Assembly: GCA_002898295.1 (NCBI GenBank)
Contig: BEHX01000003.1
Coordinates: 108,754 to 172,753 of the forward strand
DNA length: 64,000 nt
Direction of reading: 5' to 3'
Origin: a bacterium HR21
GTDB taxonomy: Bacteria > Bacteroidota > Ignavibacteria > Kapaibacteriales > HRBIN21
In this document: positions 16,319 to 26,613 of the stretch, one piece after another
Layout of the letters: each line of letters begins with the position of its first letter
Numbering within the stretch: position 1 is the first letter of the stretch
The notes under the pieces: model-generated
Databases searched by the model: none
What the model saw: only the letters and a program-made list of their open reading frames with translations
Told to the model about the DNA's origin: nothing
Program-made: the position numbers and the translations under genes

Positions 16319-17695
16319 ATGGCGCTTATCTGTTCCGTATCCGGACTACGCTTCACGCTGGAGGACTTCTCCCCGGAGCTCATCGAGGGGATGCTGCGCT
16401 CGTTCTGCCGGCGCCTTCCTGAGGGCACGCTCGCTGTTGGGTGGGATGGACGCCAAGGGGCAGAGCAGCTCGAGGAGTTCGCGGTAGCCATCTTGCAGAC
16501 GGAGGAACGCCGCATCCACCGTCTGGGGATTGTGCCGACCCCGACGATCCAGACGTGGATTGCCCGACGGCGACTTGCTGGTGGGATCGCCATTACAGCG
16601 TCACACAATCCCGCCGATTGGCACGGGTTGAAGTTCTTCGGTGCCGATGGGCTCACGCTCGACGCAACGCTCTTCTACCGCGAAGCCCGCTCCGGCGGTG
16701 CTCCGCACCCCAACGGGCACCAGCACGGCTTCCACCCCGTGCGCTGGATGCACGCCCAAGCAGTGGCAGAACACCTCCGCAGCCTCTGGCGTCCCCGCTG
16801 GCTGCGGCAGCTCGGAGAACGGATTCTCCCGGAGGGCTTCCACGTCGTTGTCGACGCAGTCAATGCCTCTGCCTCTTCGATTCTCCCCCAGCTCTTACAG
16901 CAGCTGCGCTGTCGTCTCACCCTCCTCCACGCCGATGGAAGCGGCATCTTCCCCCATCCGCCAGAACCGCTGCCGGAGCACCTCCAGGAACTGGCAGCCT
17001 GGGTCCGCCGAACGGGAGCCGATCTCGGTCTTGCCATAGACCCGGATGCCGATCGGCTCGTGCTGGTGGACGAAACGGGCACCTGCCTCTGGGAAGAACT
17101 CACCATTGCCCTGGCAATGCAGGCAGTCCTGGAAAACCGGCAGGCAGCCTGTGGGAAAGACTATCAGCCGGTGATTGTGGTCAACTACTCGACGAGCTCC
17201 GTTGTCGACGCCGTTGCCCGAACCTATGGCGCCCGCGTGCTCCGCTCTCCCGTGGGAGAAGTCAATGTCGTCCATCTGCTCCGTCAGACCCGGGGGGTTC
17301 TCGGGGGCGAAGGCAGTGGAGGGGTGATCGTGCCGCATGTCCACTACGGGCGTGATGCCCTGGTGGGCACTCTCCTCATCTTAGGACTGCTGGCACAAAA
17401 GCAGCGACGGCTCTCCGAACTGGTCGCCGAGCTTCCCCGACCAATCATGCGCAAACACGTTTTTGCCCGCCCCGAGTCACTTGCGCCCTTGTTCGAGCAG
17501 CTTCTCCGCCGGCTTACGCCGCAAGCGGCGGAAATCCGCCGCGACGATGGGCTCTACGCCCGCATTGGCAATGGATGGCTCCACCTGCGGGCATCCAATA
17601 CGGAGCCGATCCTGCGCTTCATCGTAGAGGCTCCGACACGGGCAGAGGTAGAGCAGCTGGAGGCACTGGTACTCCCGTTTCTGCAGCAGCGGTAA
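16319..17695 (+). CDS. Alpha-D-phosphohexomutase (phosphoglucosamine mutase/phosphomannomutase)
   Basis: TASHNP catalytic Ser loop, DPDADR metal loop, GGEGSGG, RASNTEP. Confidence 0.9.
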   Translation: MALICSVSGLRFTLEDFSPELIEGMLRSFCRRLPEGTLAVGWDGRQGAEQLEEFAVAILQTEERRIHRLGIVPTPTIQTWIARRRLAGGIAITASHNPADWHGLKFFGADGLTLDATLFYREARSGGAPHPNGHQHGFHPVRWMHAQAVAEHLRSLWRPRWLRQLGERILPEGFHVVVDAVNASASSILPQLLQQLRCRLTLLHADGSGIFPHPPEPLPEHLQELAAWVRRTGADLGLAIDPDADRLVLVDETGTCLWEELTIALAMQAVLENRQAACGKDYQPVIVVNYSTSSVVDAVARTYGARVLRSPVGEVNVVHLLRQTRGVLGGEGSGGVIVPHVHYGRDALVGTLLILGLLAQKQRRLSELVAELPRPIMRKHVFARPESLAPLFEQLLRRLTPQAAEIRRDDGLYARIGNGWLHLRASNTEPILRFIVEAPTRAEVEQLEALVLPFLQQR

Positions 17696-20546
17696 GGTCG
17701 TCGGCACGGCGCCGGAGAGCCTCAGCCCGGGCATGTTGCCCCCGGAGCTCAGCAGCATAGGCTGCCTCCAGCAAGAGTTCTGGCTCTTCGTCCCCCTGTT
17801 GGAGAAGCTCCTGGTACAGCGGATCGGCTTCCTCAACCCAGCCGCCGAAGAGGCATGCCCGAGCGTATTCTCGCAGCAGGCGCTGCCGAGAGAGCTCCAA
17901 CACACAGCGAAAGCGCTCCTCGTGCCAGTGGTCAAGCAGGTGCTGTAGGATCTCTCGGCTCCTCTCCCATCGTCCCCGCCACGCCTCAAGCAGTGCCGCA
18001 CCGTAGAGCACATCTGGAGAGTTACTGCTGAGCTCGAAGGCGTGGTGCCACCACCGCTGCGCTTCTTCCCCATCGCCAGCACTCAGCTTCAGAAGTGCCA
18101 GTTGCAGGTAAGCTCGACGCCGGTATTCCAGCGGCATGCCCTCCGCCTGGCTCACCGCCTGCTCATACCACTGGTAGGCATGGGCAAGCTGACCCGCAGC
18201 CAGAGCTTCCTCTGCGCGGGCAAGCAGGATGCTGCCATCGTGAGCATCGGGCAAGCGCTCCTCTGCCTCCCGGGACAGAGAGGTACCGCAGAGCACATCA
18301 ATGCGGGTAAGCAACCGCACCGTTGCCCGTTTCCACGTCCACTGCTGCCGAGCGCGCCCGGCAGCCCGGATCCCTTTGATACGACATACTGCGGGCTCCT
18401 CGTAGAGCTGCCGCAGCAGCTGGACCAGTGCCTCGCTATCTGGTTCCAGCAGAAAGGCTTCGTTCGCCATCGGGAGCCCATTGAGCGTCCATCCCAGAGA
18501 CCGACGCTGCGCCGGAAGACGCCAGCCAACGCTCTCATCCACGAAGTCATCCGTTGCGCCTCCAGCCGTGACGATGACCGGAAGCCCGCACGCCATTGCC
18601 TCCAGAGTCGGCAGCGAAAAGCCTTCGCCCCGGTACGGGCTGACAAATACTGTACACGCTCGGTAGAGGGCTGCCATTTCCTCCTCCGTGAGCACCTGCT
18701 CCACGTAGCAAATCTCCGGCGCTTCCGGCTCCCGGCAGAGCCGCTCGATGAGCTGCCCCATTGTCATGCCCTGGTAGAACGTCGTGCTGCCGAGCTCTTT
18801 GATGACCAGGCAGACATCATCGGCAGCGGAGAATGCCCGGAGATATGCCCGGAGGAGAATGTCCACTCCCTTCCGGTAGAGCGTGCCGCCGACGAAAAGG
18901 AGCCGGAAACGCTTCGCCGTCGACAACGGAAAACGCTCCCCATCGGGACGGAAGCGCTGCGGATCGATCCCGTTCGGGATAACCTGCACTTTCTCCGGCG
19001 GTATCCCTGAACGGACGAAGCTCAGGCGCGATGCCGTCGAGGGAGTCCAGATTTCCTCCGCATGCTGGAACGCCGGAAGGTACTTCTGCGGCCAGGCTCC
19101 GAACTCATACGGCTGCATGACAATCCAGCGTGCTCCGGACGGCGGCGGGGCAGGATTTGGCGGCCACTGATGGCGGATCCAAATCGTGGCGGGGCTTGTC
19201 CACCCTTTCCGACGCACATCATGTGCCGCTAGCAGCTCGTAGTCCGCGTGCCCCTCCGGGCTAAATGCATCGGTCTCGTACGGCACCAGCGTCAGCTCTG
19301 CTGAGGTCCCCCGCAGCACATTGAGACAATGCGCCCGGTTGACAATCGCCAGCGAATGGTGCTGGAACTGCGTCCCCTCCCAGACAATGTGGAAAGGCAC
19401 ACCATCCTCCGGCGCTGTGGGCGCAGCTGTGCCAGTTTCAACCTCGACTCCGTTCCACTGCTGAGCATAGGGTGGCAGAATCCCGTCCCGGTCACGCAAT
19501 CGCAGACGGACTCCCGTCCGTTGGTACCAGAGGGCGTGCAGGAGCTTTCCTTTCCACGCTTCACCTGCCCGGAGTTCAAGCTCCACGACAGGCAGCGGTG
19601 GCAGCGGGGGAACGCCCTGGCGGAGCATCCGCTCGAAGGCCTCTGCAACAGCCCCCGGGGATAGCTCTTCCATGCACTCCCGCCGACAGGGCATGCGCCA
19701 ATAGCAATTCAAACACGGTAGGCGCTCATTCCGGAAGAAAGCAAAGGGGATGCCGTAGCCGCCAAACAACAGTGGGTTCGTCACCCCAGCAAGCAGGAGC
19801 GTCGGCTTGCGGCAGAGTAACCGCCCGATGTGGAAGAAAACACTGTCAATGGTAAGGAACGCCGCACATTGAAAGGCAAGCGCTACCTGGAGGCGGAACG
19901 GCACCCGGAGCCGTCCACAGTCGAGGAGCCAGGGAAGCTCCTCGGCGGCAAACGGCTCGGTTCCGAACCAGATGAACAGCGCCTCGGGCAAACGACGGTG
20001 GAGCTCCTGCAGGAGAGCACGCCGATGCGGATAGCTCCGGCGCTCATCCTTCGGGGTCCAGAGCTGGACACCGATGGAGAGACACTCACCATAGGGACGC
20101 AGGAGCGCCGCTGCTGCTTCCGCCTCGGAGGGCTCAACATCGTAGGCAAACTGCGGCTCACCCAACCGAATCCCCGCAATGTTTGCCAGTATCTCCAGCA
20201 GCCCGATGCCATTGTAGTACTCAGGAAGCCGTGCAATAAGCCCCTCATACTCGAGCACAACGTCTGCTGCCGCCCGCGCGTGCGCTTCCTGCGTCCCCCC
20301 AGCAGGCAGAAAGGCAGTGATGGCAGGGTGATGCCGGAAGACCCACTCTGCTGGTTCTTGCCCGCAGAGTACAATCTGCAGGTGTGGGTATTGGCGCTTG
20401 AGCTCACTGACCACCGCCGTCAACAATATCGCATCTCCGATAGCGGCAGTCGGGCAGAAAAGCACCGTCCGCGCCTGGGCATACGGGCGTTCCCAGAACT
20501 CTGCATCGAAGCTTGTCCGAGGTTCTTGGTTTGTGGACATAGCCAT
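17619..20546 (-). CDS. Multidomain glycosyltransferase: GT9-like + GT4 + TPR
   Basis: GT9 start AIGDAILLTAVVSELKRQYP and end CLNCYWRMPCRREC. GT4 motifs LFVGGTLYRKGVD and EGFSLPTLEAMACG. Helical TPR-like tail. Start 20546 or 20540, 975 aa. Confidence 0.8.
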   Translation of the reverse strand: MAMSTNQEPRTSFDAEFWERPYAQARTVLFCPTAAIGDAILLTAVVSELKRQYPHLQIVLCGQEPAEWVFRHHPAITAFLPAGGTQEAHARAAADVVLEYEGLIARLPEYYNGIGLLEILANIAGIRLGEPQFAYDVEPSEAEAAAALLRPYGECLSIGVQLWTPKDERRSYPHRRALLQELHRRLPEALFIWFGTEPFAAEELPWLLDCGRLRVPFRLQVALAFQCAAFLTIDSVFFHIGRLLCRKPTLLLAGVTNPLLFGGYGIPFAFFRNERLPCLNCYWRMPCRRECMEELSPGAVAEAFERMLRQGVPPLPPLPVVELELRAGEAWKGKLLHALWYQRTGVRLRLRDRDGILPPYAQQWNGVEVETGTAAPTAPEDGVPFHIVWEGTQFQHHSLAIVNRAHCLNVLRGTSAELTLVPYETDAFSPEGHADYELLAAHDVRRKGWTSPATIWIRHQWPPNPAPPPSGARWIVMQPYEFGAWPQKYLPAFQHAEEIWTPSTASRLSFVRSGIPPEKVQVIPNGIDPQRFRPDGERFPLSTAKRFRLLFVGGTLYRKGVDILLRAYLRAFSAADDVCLVIKELGSTTFYQGMTMGQLIERLCREPEAPEICYVEQVLTEEEMAALYRACTVFVSPYRGEGFSLPTLEAMACGLPVIVTAGGATDDFVDESVGWRLPAQRRSLGWTLNGLPMANEAFLLEPDSEALVQLLRQLYEEPAVCRIKGIRAAGRARQQWTWKRATVRLLTRIDVLCGTSLSREAEERLPDAHDGSILLARAEEALAAGQLAHAYQWYEQAVSQAEGMPLEYRRRAYLQLALLKLSAGDGEEAQRWWHHAFELSSNSPDVLYGAALLEAWRGRWERSREILQHLLDHWHEERFRCVLELSRQRLLREYARACLFGGWVEEADPLYQELLQQGDEEPELLLEAAYAAELRGQHARAEALRRRADDLTAAAETGVPVPPAALPLPVSEPLR

Positions 20547-20609
20547 GGACACCGCATGTGCTCGTCTTCTGCTCTTGTCATCGGCACATCGGCAGGAAGC
20601 TTGAACAGG

Positions 20610-20942
20610 ATGGTACGCTACGTGGTCATCGCCGAAGTTCCAATCCCGCGGGCAGCAGAGTGGTATACATGGATGTGCCAGCAGCACATTCCTGCCGTGC
20701 TGGCAACGGGCTGCTTCCAGCGAGCCCTTCTCTGGCGGGAAGCTCTGGCTGGCGAGGTAGCGGTGTTCCTGGTTGAGTACGACTGCCTTGACGAATCCGC
20801 CTTCCAGCGCTATCAGGAGCAGTACGCCCCGGCTCTCCGGCAAGACCATGCCCAGCGCTTCGGTGCGGAAGTTCGGCTGCAGCGGCTTCTGCTCACTCTC
20901 CAGTGTACAGTTGAGCCGCCGACCACCCTGGCAACTTCCTAA
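20610..20942 (+). CDS. DUF4286 family protein
   Basis: WYTWMCQQHIPAVLATGCF and YQEQYAPALRQDHAQRFG pattern. 110 aa. Confidence 0.8.
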   Translation: MVRYVVIAEVPIPRAAEWYTWMCQQHIPAVLATGCFQRALLWREALAGEVAVFLVEYDCLDESAFQRYQEQYAPALRQDHAQRFGAEVRLQRLLLTLQCTVEPPTTLATS

Positions 20943-20955
20943 GTTTGCACATGCC

Positions 20956-21735
20956 ATGTGGACAGGTGGGCTTCTCGGATATGGACTTCGGGCAGGAGCA
21001 ATTGTCGGGTACACCATTGCTGCCTCAACGTGGGCTCTCCTGCTGCCGAAGCGAAGGGCTCACCGGCGGCTCCTGGAGGCAGTGCCCGGCTGGGCACAGA
21101 CGATGCTCCGGCTCTGTGGGGTCCACCTCCACGTGGAAGGAGGCGAAAATCTCCCTGTCCAGGAACCGGTCATTTACGTGAGCAATCACAGCAGTCTGCT
21201 GGACATCCCGGTACTGGTTGCTGCGCTCCCCCATCGGCTCTGTTTCCTCTACAAAAAGGGGCTCGAGCGTATCCCCTTCTTCGGCTGGGTTCTGCGGCGG
21301 ATGCCGTACGTCCCGATTACCCGGCGGGCACTGGATGCCCACTGGCAAATGGAACTGACGCGGCAGCGCGTTCGCTCCTATGGGTTATCCCCGGTAGTGT
21401 TCGCCGAGGGAGGGCGTTCTCCGGATGGCTCGGTGCGCCCGTTCCGCCGTGGAGCGCTGATCTTGGCACAGAGCCTCTCGCTGCCGATTGTACCAGTCGC
21501 AATCGCTGGCACACATGCCCTGCTGCCCCCCCACACACTCCGATTCCGTCCCGGCAGTGCCCGCGTCCGCATCGGCGCTCCCCTGGAGGTTCCACCAGAC
21601 CTAGGACGCCGGGCACAAGAGGAATGGCTCCAGGCACTCCGGGAGCGCATCGCCGGTTGGGTTGCGGAAATGTCGTCTCAGACACATCCCCACCAATGGA
21701 CACACGCACCCTCGTGGAACACATCGCTGAACTAG
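20956..21735 (+). CDS. plsC: 1-acyl-sn-glycerol-3-phosphate acyltransferase
   Basis: NHSSLLD (HX4D), FAEGGRS, IVPVAI motifs. Confidence 0.88.
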   Translation: MWTGGLLGYGLRAGAIVGYTIAASTWALLLPKRRAHRRLLEAVPGWAQTMLRLCGVHLHVEGGENLPVQEPVIYVSNHSSLLDIPVLVAALPHRLCFLYKKGLERIPFFGWVLRRMPYVPITRRALDAHWQMELTRQRVRSYGLSPVVFAEGGRSPDGSVRPFRRGALILAQSLSLPIVPVAIAGTHALLPPHTLRFRPGSARVRIGAPLEVPPDLGRRAQEEWLQALRERIAGWVAEMSSQTHPHQWTHAPSWNTSLN

Positions 21736-21980
21736 CACGGCTGCGCTTTAGTACAGAGGAGCTGACTGCCTTCACGGCGCAGTTCCAGCGCATTGTAGAA
21801 TTCATCAGCCTCATCGAGAGCCTCCAGCTGGAAGAGGTCGAGCCTCTGGTGCAGGTAGTGCCCGTAGAGAACGCGTTCCGTGAGGATATCCCGCAGCCCT
21901 CACTGCCACGGGAGGAAGCGCTTCGGAACGCCCCGAAGCACAACGGGGTCTTCTTCCGGGTACCGAAGGTGATTGAATGA
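21696..21980 (+). CDS. gatC: Asp/Glu-tRNA amidotransferase subunit C
   Basis: VEHIAELARL...LRNAPKHNGVFFRVPKVIE. 94 aa. Confidence 0.92.
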   Translation: MDTRTLVEHIAELARLRFSTEELTAFTAQFQRIVEFISLIESLQLEEVEPLVQVVPVENAFREDIPQPSLPREEALRNAPKHNGVFFRVPKVIE

Positions 21981-22738
21981 CCGCTGTCGGGATTATCCCT
22001 GCCCGGTATGCCTCCCAGCGGCTCCCGGGCAAACCTCTCCGGAAGCTCTGCGGGAAACCTCTGGTGCAGTGGGTCTGGGAGGCTGCCTGCACAGCACCGA
22101 GCCTGCAGCGCGTCGTGATTGCCACCGACCACGAGCGCATCGCCGCTACCTGCCGCCGCTTCGGAGCCGAAGTCTTGCTAACGCCGACCGAGCTCCCCAG
22201 TGGGACCGACCGGGTTGCCGTTGCTTACCAGCAGCTGCAGCTTACGGCAGACATTGTGGTCAACCTCCAAGCTGATGAACCGCTCCTGCAGGCTGCGCAC
22301 ATCGAGGCATTGCTGGCTGCCCTCAGTGCGCAACCGAGCTGGGATGCTGCCACGCTCATTGAGCCCCTGGAAAAGCCCCACGAGCTTTCCTCGCCGATGG
22401 TCGTCAAGGTCGTGCTCCGCAGCGATGGCAGCGCTCTCTACTTCTCGCGGTCTCCTATCCCGTTCGTGCGGGATGTCCCCTTGGGGAAATGGCTTACCCA
22501 GACACGCTTCTGGAAGCACATCGGCATTTACGCTTACCGGGCGCCCGTGTTGCAGCTCTTTCGCCACCTCTCGCCTACTCCCCTGGAACGCGCTGAGGGC
22601 TTAGAACAACTCCGCCTGCTGGAAGCTGGGCTGAGAATCGGGTGCGTCCCTGTTGAAGGACCGCTCAAGGGCGTAGATACCCCTGCACAGCTAGCGGCAC
22701 TGCGCAAATGGCTACGCCGACAGGGACATCGCCGCTGA
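21977..22738 (+). CDS. kdsB: 3-deoxy-manno-octulosonate cytidylyltransferase
   Basis: IIPARYASQRLPGKPL, SGTDR, VNLQADEP, LYFSRSPIP, HIGIYAY, LEQLRLL. Confidence 0.95.
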   Translation: MTAVGIIPARYASQRLPGKPLRKLCGKPLVQWVWEAACTAPSLQRVVIATDHERIAATCRRFGAEVLLTPTELPSGTDRVAVAYQQLQLTADIVVNLQADEPLLQAAHIEALLAALSAQPSWDAATLIEPLEKPHELSSPMVVKVVLRSDGSALYFSRSPIPFVRDVPLGKWLTQTRFWKHIGIYAYRAPVLQLFRHLSPTPLERAEGLEQLRLLEAGLRIGCVPVEGPLKGVDTPAQLAALRKWLRRQGHRR

Positions 22739-22801
22739 AGAGCCTTACCAAACTTTCGTAATTTTACTGCGCCGAGAAGTGAATCCCACAGGAGGACTCC
22801 G

Positions 22802-23386
22802 GTGATACGGCTTGAGCACCAGAGCAATCCAGCTACTTGGGAGACCCTCGAACGGAAGTGCCACGCTCACTATAGCATCTTCACCCTCTGGACGGTGCGT
22901 CGCCGTCATCCTGTCCGAGACCAGGTTGCCGAATTCGTTGTCCTGGAAGCCCCGACATGGGTCAACATCGTCCCTATCACCGCTGAGGGGCACGTCGTGT
23001 TGGTGGAGCAGTACCGGCACGGCATTGACACATTCACGCTGGAAATTCCTGGCGGGATGGTCGCCCCGGGCGAGGACCCGCGCAGCGCTGCGGAACGGGA
23101 ATGCCGCGAAGAGACTGGCTACGCCTCCGAAGAACCGGCCCAACTCCTGGGCATCAACTACCCAAATCCTGCCTTCCTGACCAACACGTGCTACTCTTAT
23201 CTCTGGCGCGGCTGCCGCCGCATTGCAGAGCCGCGGTGGGATCGCCACGAAGAACTCGCTGTCCGGCTCGTCCCGCTCGAAGAGCTGCCCGAGCTGGTCC
23301 GCCGCGGGCAGATCCGCCATTCGCTAGTCCTGCTGGCACTCTTCTGGTTCCTCTGCCCAGAGCTCATGTCGGCATCACAGGAGTGA
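22802..23386 (+). CDS. NUDIX hydrolase (ADP-ribose pyrophosphatase-like)
   Basis: Nudix box GGMVAPGEDPRSAAERECREETG, VEQYRHG. GTG start with SD AGGAGG. Confidence 0.9.
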   Translation: MIRLEHQSNPATWETLERKCHAHYSIFTLWTVRRRHPVRDQVAEFVVLEAPTWVNIVPITAEGHVVLVEQYRHGIDTFTLEIPGGMVAPGEDPRSAAERECREETGYASEEPAQLLGINYPNPAFLTNTCYSYLWRGCRRIAEPRWDRHEELAVRLVPLEELPELVRRGQIRHSLVLLALFWFLCPELMSASQE

Positions 23387-23395
23387 ACGTGCTCG

Positions 23396-24232
23396 ATGGG
23401 GAAAGTGATTGCCATCGCGAACCAGAAAGGCGGGGTAGGCAAGACCACCACCGCCATCAATCTGGCAGCTTCGCTTGCTGTCATGGAGTATCCGGTGCTC
23501 TTGCTCGACATCGATCCCCAAGCGAACGCTTCCAATGGCTTGGGCATCGAGAGCCGGCGGCTGGACAAGACCACATACGAGGTCCTCATCGGCGGTATCC
23601 CCATTCAGGAGGCAATCGTCCCGACAGAACTCCCTTTCCTCTGGGTGTTGCCTTCCCACATCAACCTGGTCGGGGCAGAAATCGAAATGGTGGATCTCCC
23701 CCAGCGCGAGCGCATCCTCCGCACCGTGCTCGAAGCAGTTCGGCGCAAGTACAGCTTTATCCTCATCGACTGCCCCCCGTCCCTGGGTCTTTTGACGTTG
23801 AACGCTCTGACAGCGGCTGATTCAGTGCTGATTCCGGTTCAGTGCGAGTACTACGCGCTCGAAGGATTAGGGCAGCTTCTCAATACGATTGCCATCGTCC
23901 GGCGCCATCTCAACCCTGGGTTGGACATCGAGGGCGTGCTGCTCACAATGTACGACGGTCGGCTTCGGCTCTCCAACCAAGTCCTGGAAGAAGTACGCCG
24001 CCACTTCGGAGCGAAGACCTTCCGCACGGTCATCGCTCGCAATGTCCGCCTCTCGGAAGCTCCAAGCCATGGGAAACCTGTCCTCCTCTACGATGCCCTC
24101 TGTCAAGGCACGCGCAACTACCTGGAGTTGGCGCAGGAGCTCTTAGAACGCAATCCCGAACTTCTCCAGCCGACCTCAGGACACGGAACGGCACTGCCAG
24201 AAAATGTCCCAACAGGCAGAGAAGTCCAATGA
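23396..24232 (+). CDS. parA: Chromosome partitioning ATPase ParA/Soj
   Basis: [49 protein letters not shown]. Confidence 0.96.
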   Translation: MGKVIAIANQKGGVGKTTTAINLAASLAVMEYPVLLLDIDPQANASNGLGIESRRLDKTTYEVLIGGIPIQEAIVPTELPFLWVLPSHINLVGAEIEMVDLPQRERILRTVLEAVRRKYSFILIDCPPSLGLLTLNALTAADSVLIPVQCEYYALEGLGQLLNTIAIVRRHLNPGLDIEGVLLTMYDGRLRLSNQVLEEVRRHFGAKTFRTVIARNVRLSEAPSHGKPVLLYDALCQGTRNYLELAQELLERNPELLQPTSGHGTALPENVPTGREVQ

Positions 24233-25221
24233 GCCCCAAGGCACGCTCTGCTCTCGGTTTAGGACGTGGACTGGATGCCCTCATCCCCTCTGCGCCGCTT
24301 TCTCCGGAACGGACACGGGAACTCCCGCTCGACGACGGGGTCTCTGTCGGTATCGTGATGCTCATCGAGGTGAGGAAAATTCGCCCCAATCCCTACCAGC
24401 CGCGGCAAGATTTCGACCCGTCAACACTCGCAGAGCTGGCACACTCCATCAAGGAACGCGGACTCATCCAGCCGATTACCGTCCGGCGCGCCGGCGACGG
24501 GTTTGAACTGATTGCCGGAGAACGCCGCGTCCGAGCGTGCATGGAAGCCGGTCTGGAGCGCGTCCCTGCCTACATTCTCGATGTGGAGAAAGACATCGAG
24601 CTGCTGGAGCTCGCCCTGATTGAAAACGTCCAGCGCGAAAACCTCAATCCCATCGAGGTTGCCCGGGGTTACCAGCGCCTCATGGACGAATGCCACCTGA
24701 CGCAAGAGGAGATCGCTGCCAAAGTGGGCAAGGACCGCACCACCGTTGCCAACTTCTTGCGCCTTTTGCGCCTTCCCGAACCCATCCAGCAGGCTCTACG
24801 CCAGCGCCAGCTCACCATGGGACACGCCCGGGCAATGCTGGCATTGCCCACGGTCGAGCTCCAAATGGCGGTCTTCCAGGAAGTTCTCGCCAAAGGGCTC
24901 TCCGTCCGGCAGACCGAGATCCTGGTCAAGGAAATCGAGCTCGGACGCATCCGGCTCAGCTCAACGGGGACACTGGAGCGAGTCCCCCGCCTCCGAACTC
25001 CCTCCGGTGAGACCACCGCCGATCCTGACGAATCTGTCCAGACAACGCTTCGAGAAATCGAAGACCATCTGCGCCGCCTCTTCAGCACGCAGGTCCGCCT
25101 CTACGCCAACGCGCGCGGGCAAGGACGGCTGGAAATCGCGTTCTATTCCTTCGAGGAATTAGAGCGGCTCTTGGAACTCTTCGCAATGGTGGAAAAAGTC
25201 CATCGACTCCCACCGCGATGA
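24229..25221 (+). CDS. parB: Chromosome partitioning protein ParB/Spo0J
   Basis: [25 protein letters not shown] motif, [15 protein letters not shown] region. Confidence 0.96.
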   Translation: MSPKARSALGLGRGLDALIPSAPLSPERTRELPLDDGVSVGIVMLIEVRKIRPNPYQPRQDFDPSTLAELAHSIKERGLIQPITVRRAGDGFELIAGERRVRACMEAGLERVPAYILDVEKDIELLELALIENVQRENLNPIEVARGYQRLMDECHLTQEEIAAKVGKDRTTVANFLRLLRLPEPIQQALRQRQLTMGHARAMLALPTVELQMAVFQEVLAKGLSVRQTEILVKEIELGRIRLSSTGTLERVPRLRTPSGETTADPDESVQTTLREIEDHLRRLFSTQVRLYANARGQGRLEIAFYSFEELERLLELFAMVEKVHRLPPR

Positions 25222-25667
25222 GAGGCGACCACCTGACGGAGCTGCCCGATATTCTCCACACTACCACACTCCGGGTCCGCTACGCCGACACTGACCAGAT
25301 GGGCGTGGTCTACTACGCCACGTACCTGGTGTACTTCGAGAGCGGGCGGACAGAGCTCCTGCGTGCCTGCGGAATCCCGTACTCTGAGCTGGAAGCCCAG
25401 GGATACCGATTGCCGGTTCTGGAAGCCCATATCCACTACCACGCCCCGGCTCACTACGATGAGGTTCTGGTGGTACAAACTCGTTATCGCCCGCGCTATG
25501 CCCCGACACTCTGTCTGGAATACGAAATCCGGCGCCGTGGAGAGCTCATCGTGACTGGCTCGACCACCCACGTCTTTATGGACGCCCGCACGTGGCGTCC
25601 TGTACGTCCGCCGGCAATATTCTGGGAAGCCATTCGGCACTACGCTCTCTGCCGCGAGCGTTCCTGA
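25218..25667 (+). CDS. YbgC/FadM family acyl-CoA thioesterase
   Basis: RVRYADTDQMGVVYYATYLVYFESGR hot-dog signature. Confidence 0.9.
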   Translation: MRGDHLTELPDILHTTTLRVRYADTDQMGVVYYATYLVYFESGRTELLRACGIPYSELEAQGYRLPVLEAHIHYHAPAHYDEVLVVQTRYRPRYAPTLCLEYEIRRRGELIVTGSTTHVFMDARTWRPVRPPAIFWEAIRHYALCRERS

Positions 25668-26587
25668 TGAGACGTCTTCTTGCCGGGACACTCCTCACCG
25701 CTGTGGCCAGCCTAGCGCAGCCAGCAGCATTTCAGTTCTTGCGCACCGTTGCTCTCCCACGGGCAGCAGCGCTGGCACAAGCAACTGTTGCCCTCCCCGG
25801 TGATGCTGGGAGCCTGTTGCTCAACCCCGCAGTCGGCGCAACGCTGACAGGGCGGGAACTCAGCTCGACCTTCCTCAAGCACGTCGCCGATATCAACGCT
25901 GGTGCAGTGCTCTTCTCTGGGTTGCCACTCTGGGGCGGGCGCGCTGCCGTTGCTGCTGTATACCTGGACTATGGCACCTTTGAACGGCGCGATGCCACCG
26001 GGCGCGCTCTTGGGGAATTCTCCGCCCACGACGTGGCGCTCACCCTGTTCTACAGCGACACGCTCGAACCCCGCCTCCTCTACGGCGCTGCAGCAAAGCT
26101 GGTATGGGAACGCCTGGAAGCCCAGAATGCATGGGTGCTGGGGCTCGATGCCGGATTCCTCTACCACTTCCCCGATAGGCGCACCAGCGTCGGTATTTCC
26201 CTGCTCCATGTCGGAACCGCCCTCCGCCGCTTTGCCCAAGAGCCTCTGCCGCTGCCGACCGATCTCCGCATTGGCTTGACGCACTTCCTACAGGGCTTGC
26301 CCGCGGTCTTCTCCTTCAGCTTCGGGCGCCTCACTGAGTACACGCCGTCGTTGTGGCAGAAATTTGAGAATTTCGCTGTCGGTGTTGAGTTCCACCTCAG
26401 CCCTGCAGTGCAGCTGCGGTTTGGCTACGACAACGCGCTGCGCCGGGCTGCTCCGGCACGTCAGCGCGGCGCTACAGGGCTTGCACTCGGGGCAGGAATC
26501 GCGGTGGCAGATATCCGCATTGACTATAGCACCACGCTGGTGAGCGCTGCTATGCTCCATCGGCTGGGGGTGCAGGTGGGTATGTAG
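25667..26587 (+). CDS. PorV/PorQ family outer-membrane protein
   Basis: Signal peptide, FLRTVALPRAAALA, LLLNPA, YLDYGTFERRDATG, LPTDLRIG, IDYS. Barrel ending in VQVGM. Confidence 0.75.
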   Translation: MRRLLAGTLLTAVASLAQPAAFQFLRTVALPRAAALAQATVALPGDAGSLLLNPAVGATLTGRELSSTFLKHVADINAGAVLFSGLPLWGGRAAVAAVYLDYGTFERRDATGRALGEFSAHDVALTLFYSDTLEPRLLYGAAAKLVWERLEAQNAWVLGLDAGFLYHFPDRRTSVGISLLHVGTALRRFAQEPLPLPTDLRIGLTHFLQGLPAVFSFSFGRLTEYTPSLWQKFENFAVGVEFHLSPAVQLRFGYDNALRRAAPARQRGATGLALGAGIAVADIRIDYSTTLVSAAMLHRLGVQVGM

Positions 26588-26613
26588 AACAAACATCGTT
26601 GCGGGGTAGACCC

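Noticed and set aside
19830-20609. N-terminal extension of the DUF4286 ORF, and the reciprocal extension of the GT ORF to 21017
   Set aside because: Each extension is the antisense of the other real gene.
21126-21141. parS-like ACCTCCACGTGGAAGG about 2.3 kb upstream of parA
   Set aside because: Only about 11 of 16 positions match TGTTYCACGTGRAACA, the outer arms are not palindromic, and it lies in the plsC coding sequence. The similar site near 51295 has a deletion.
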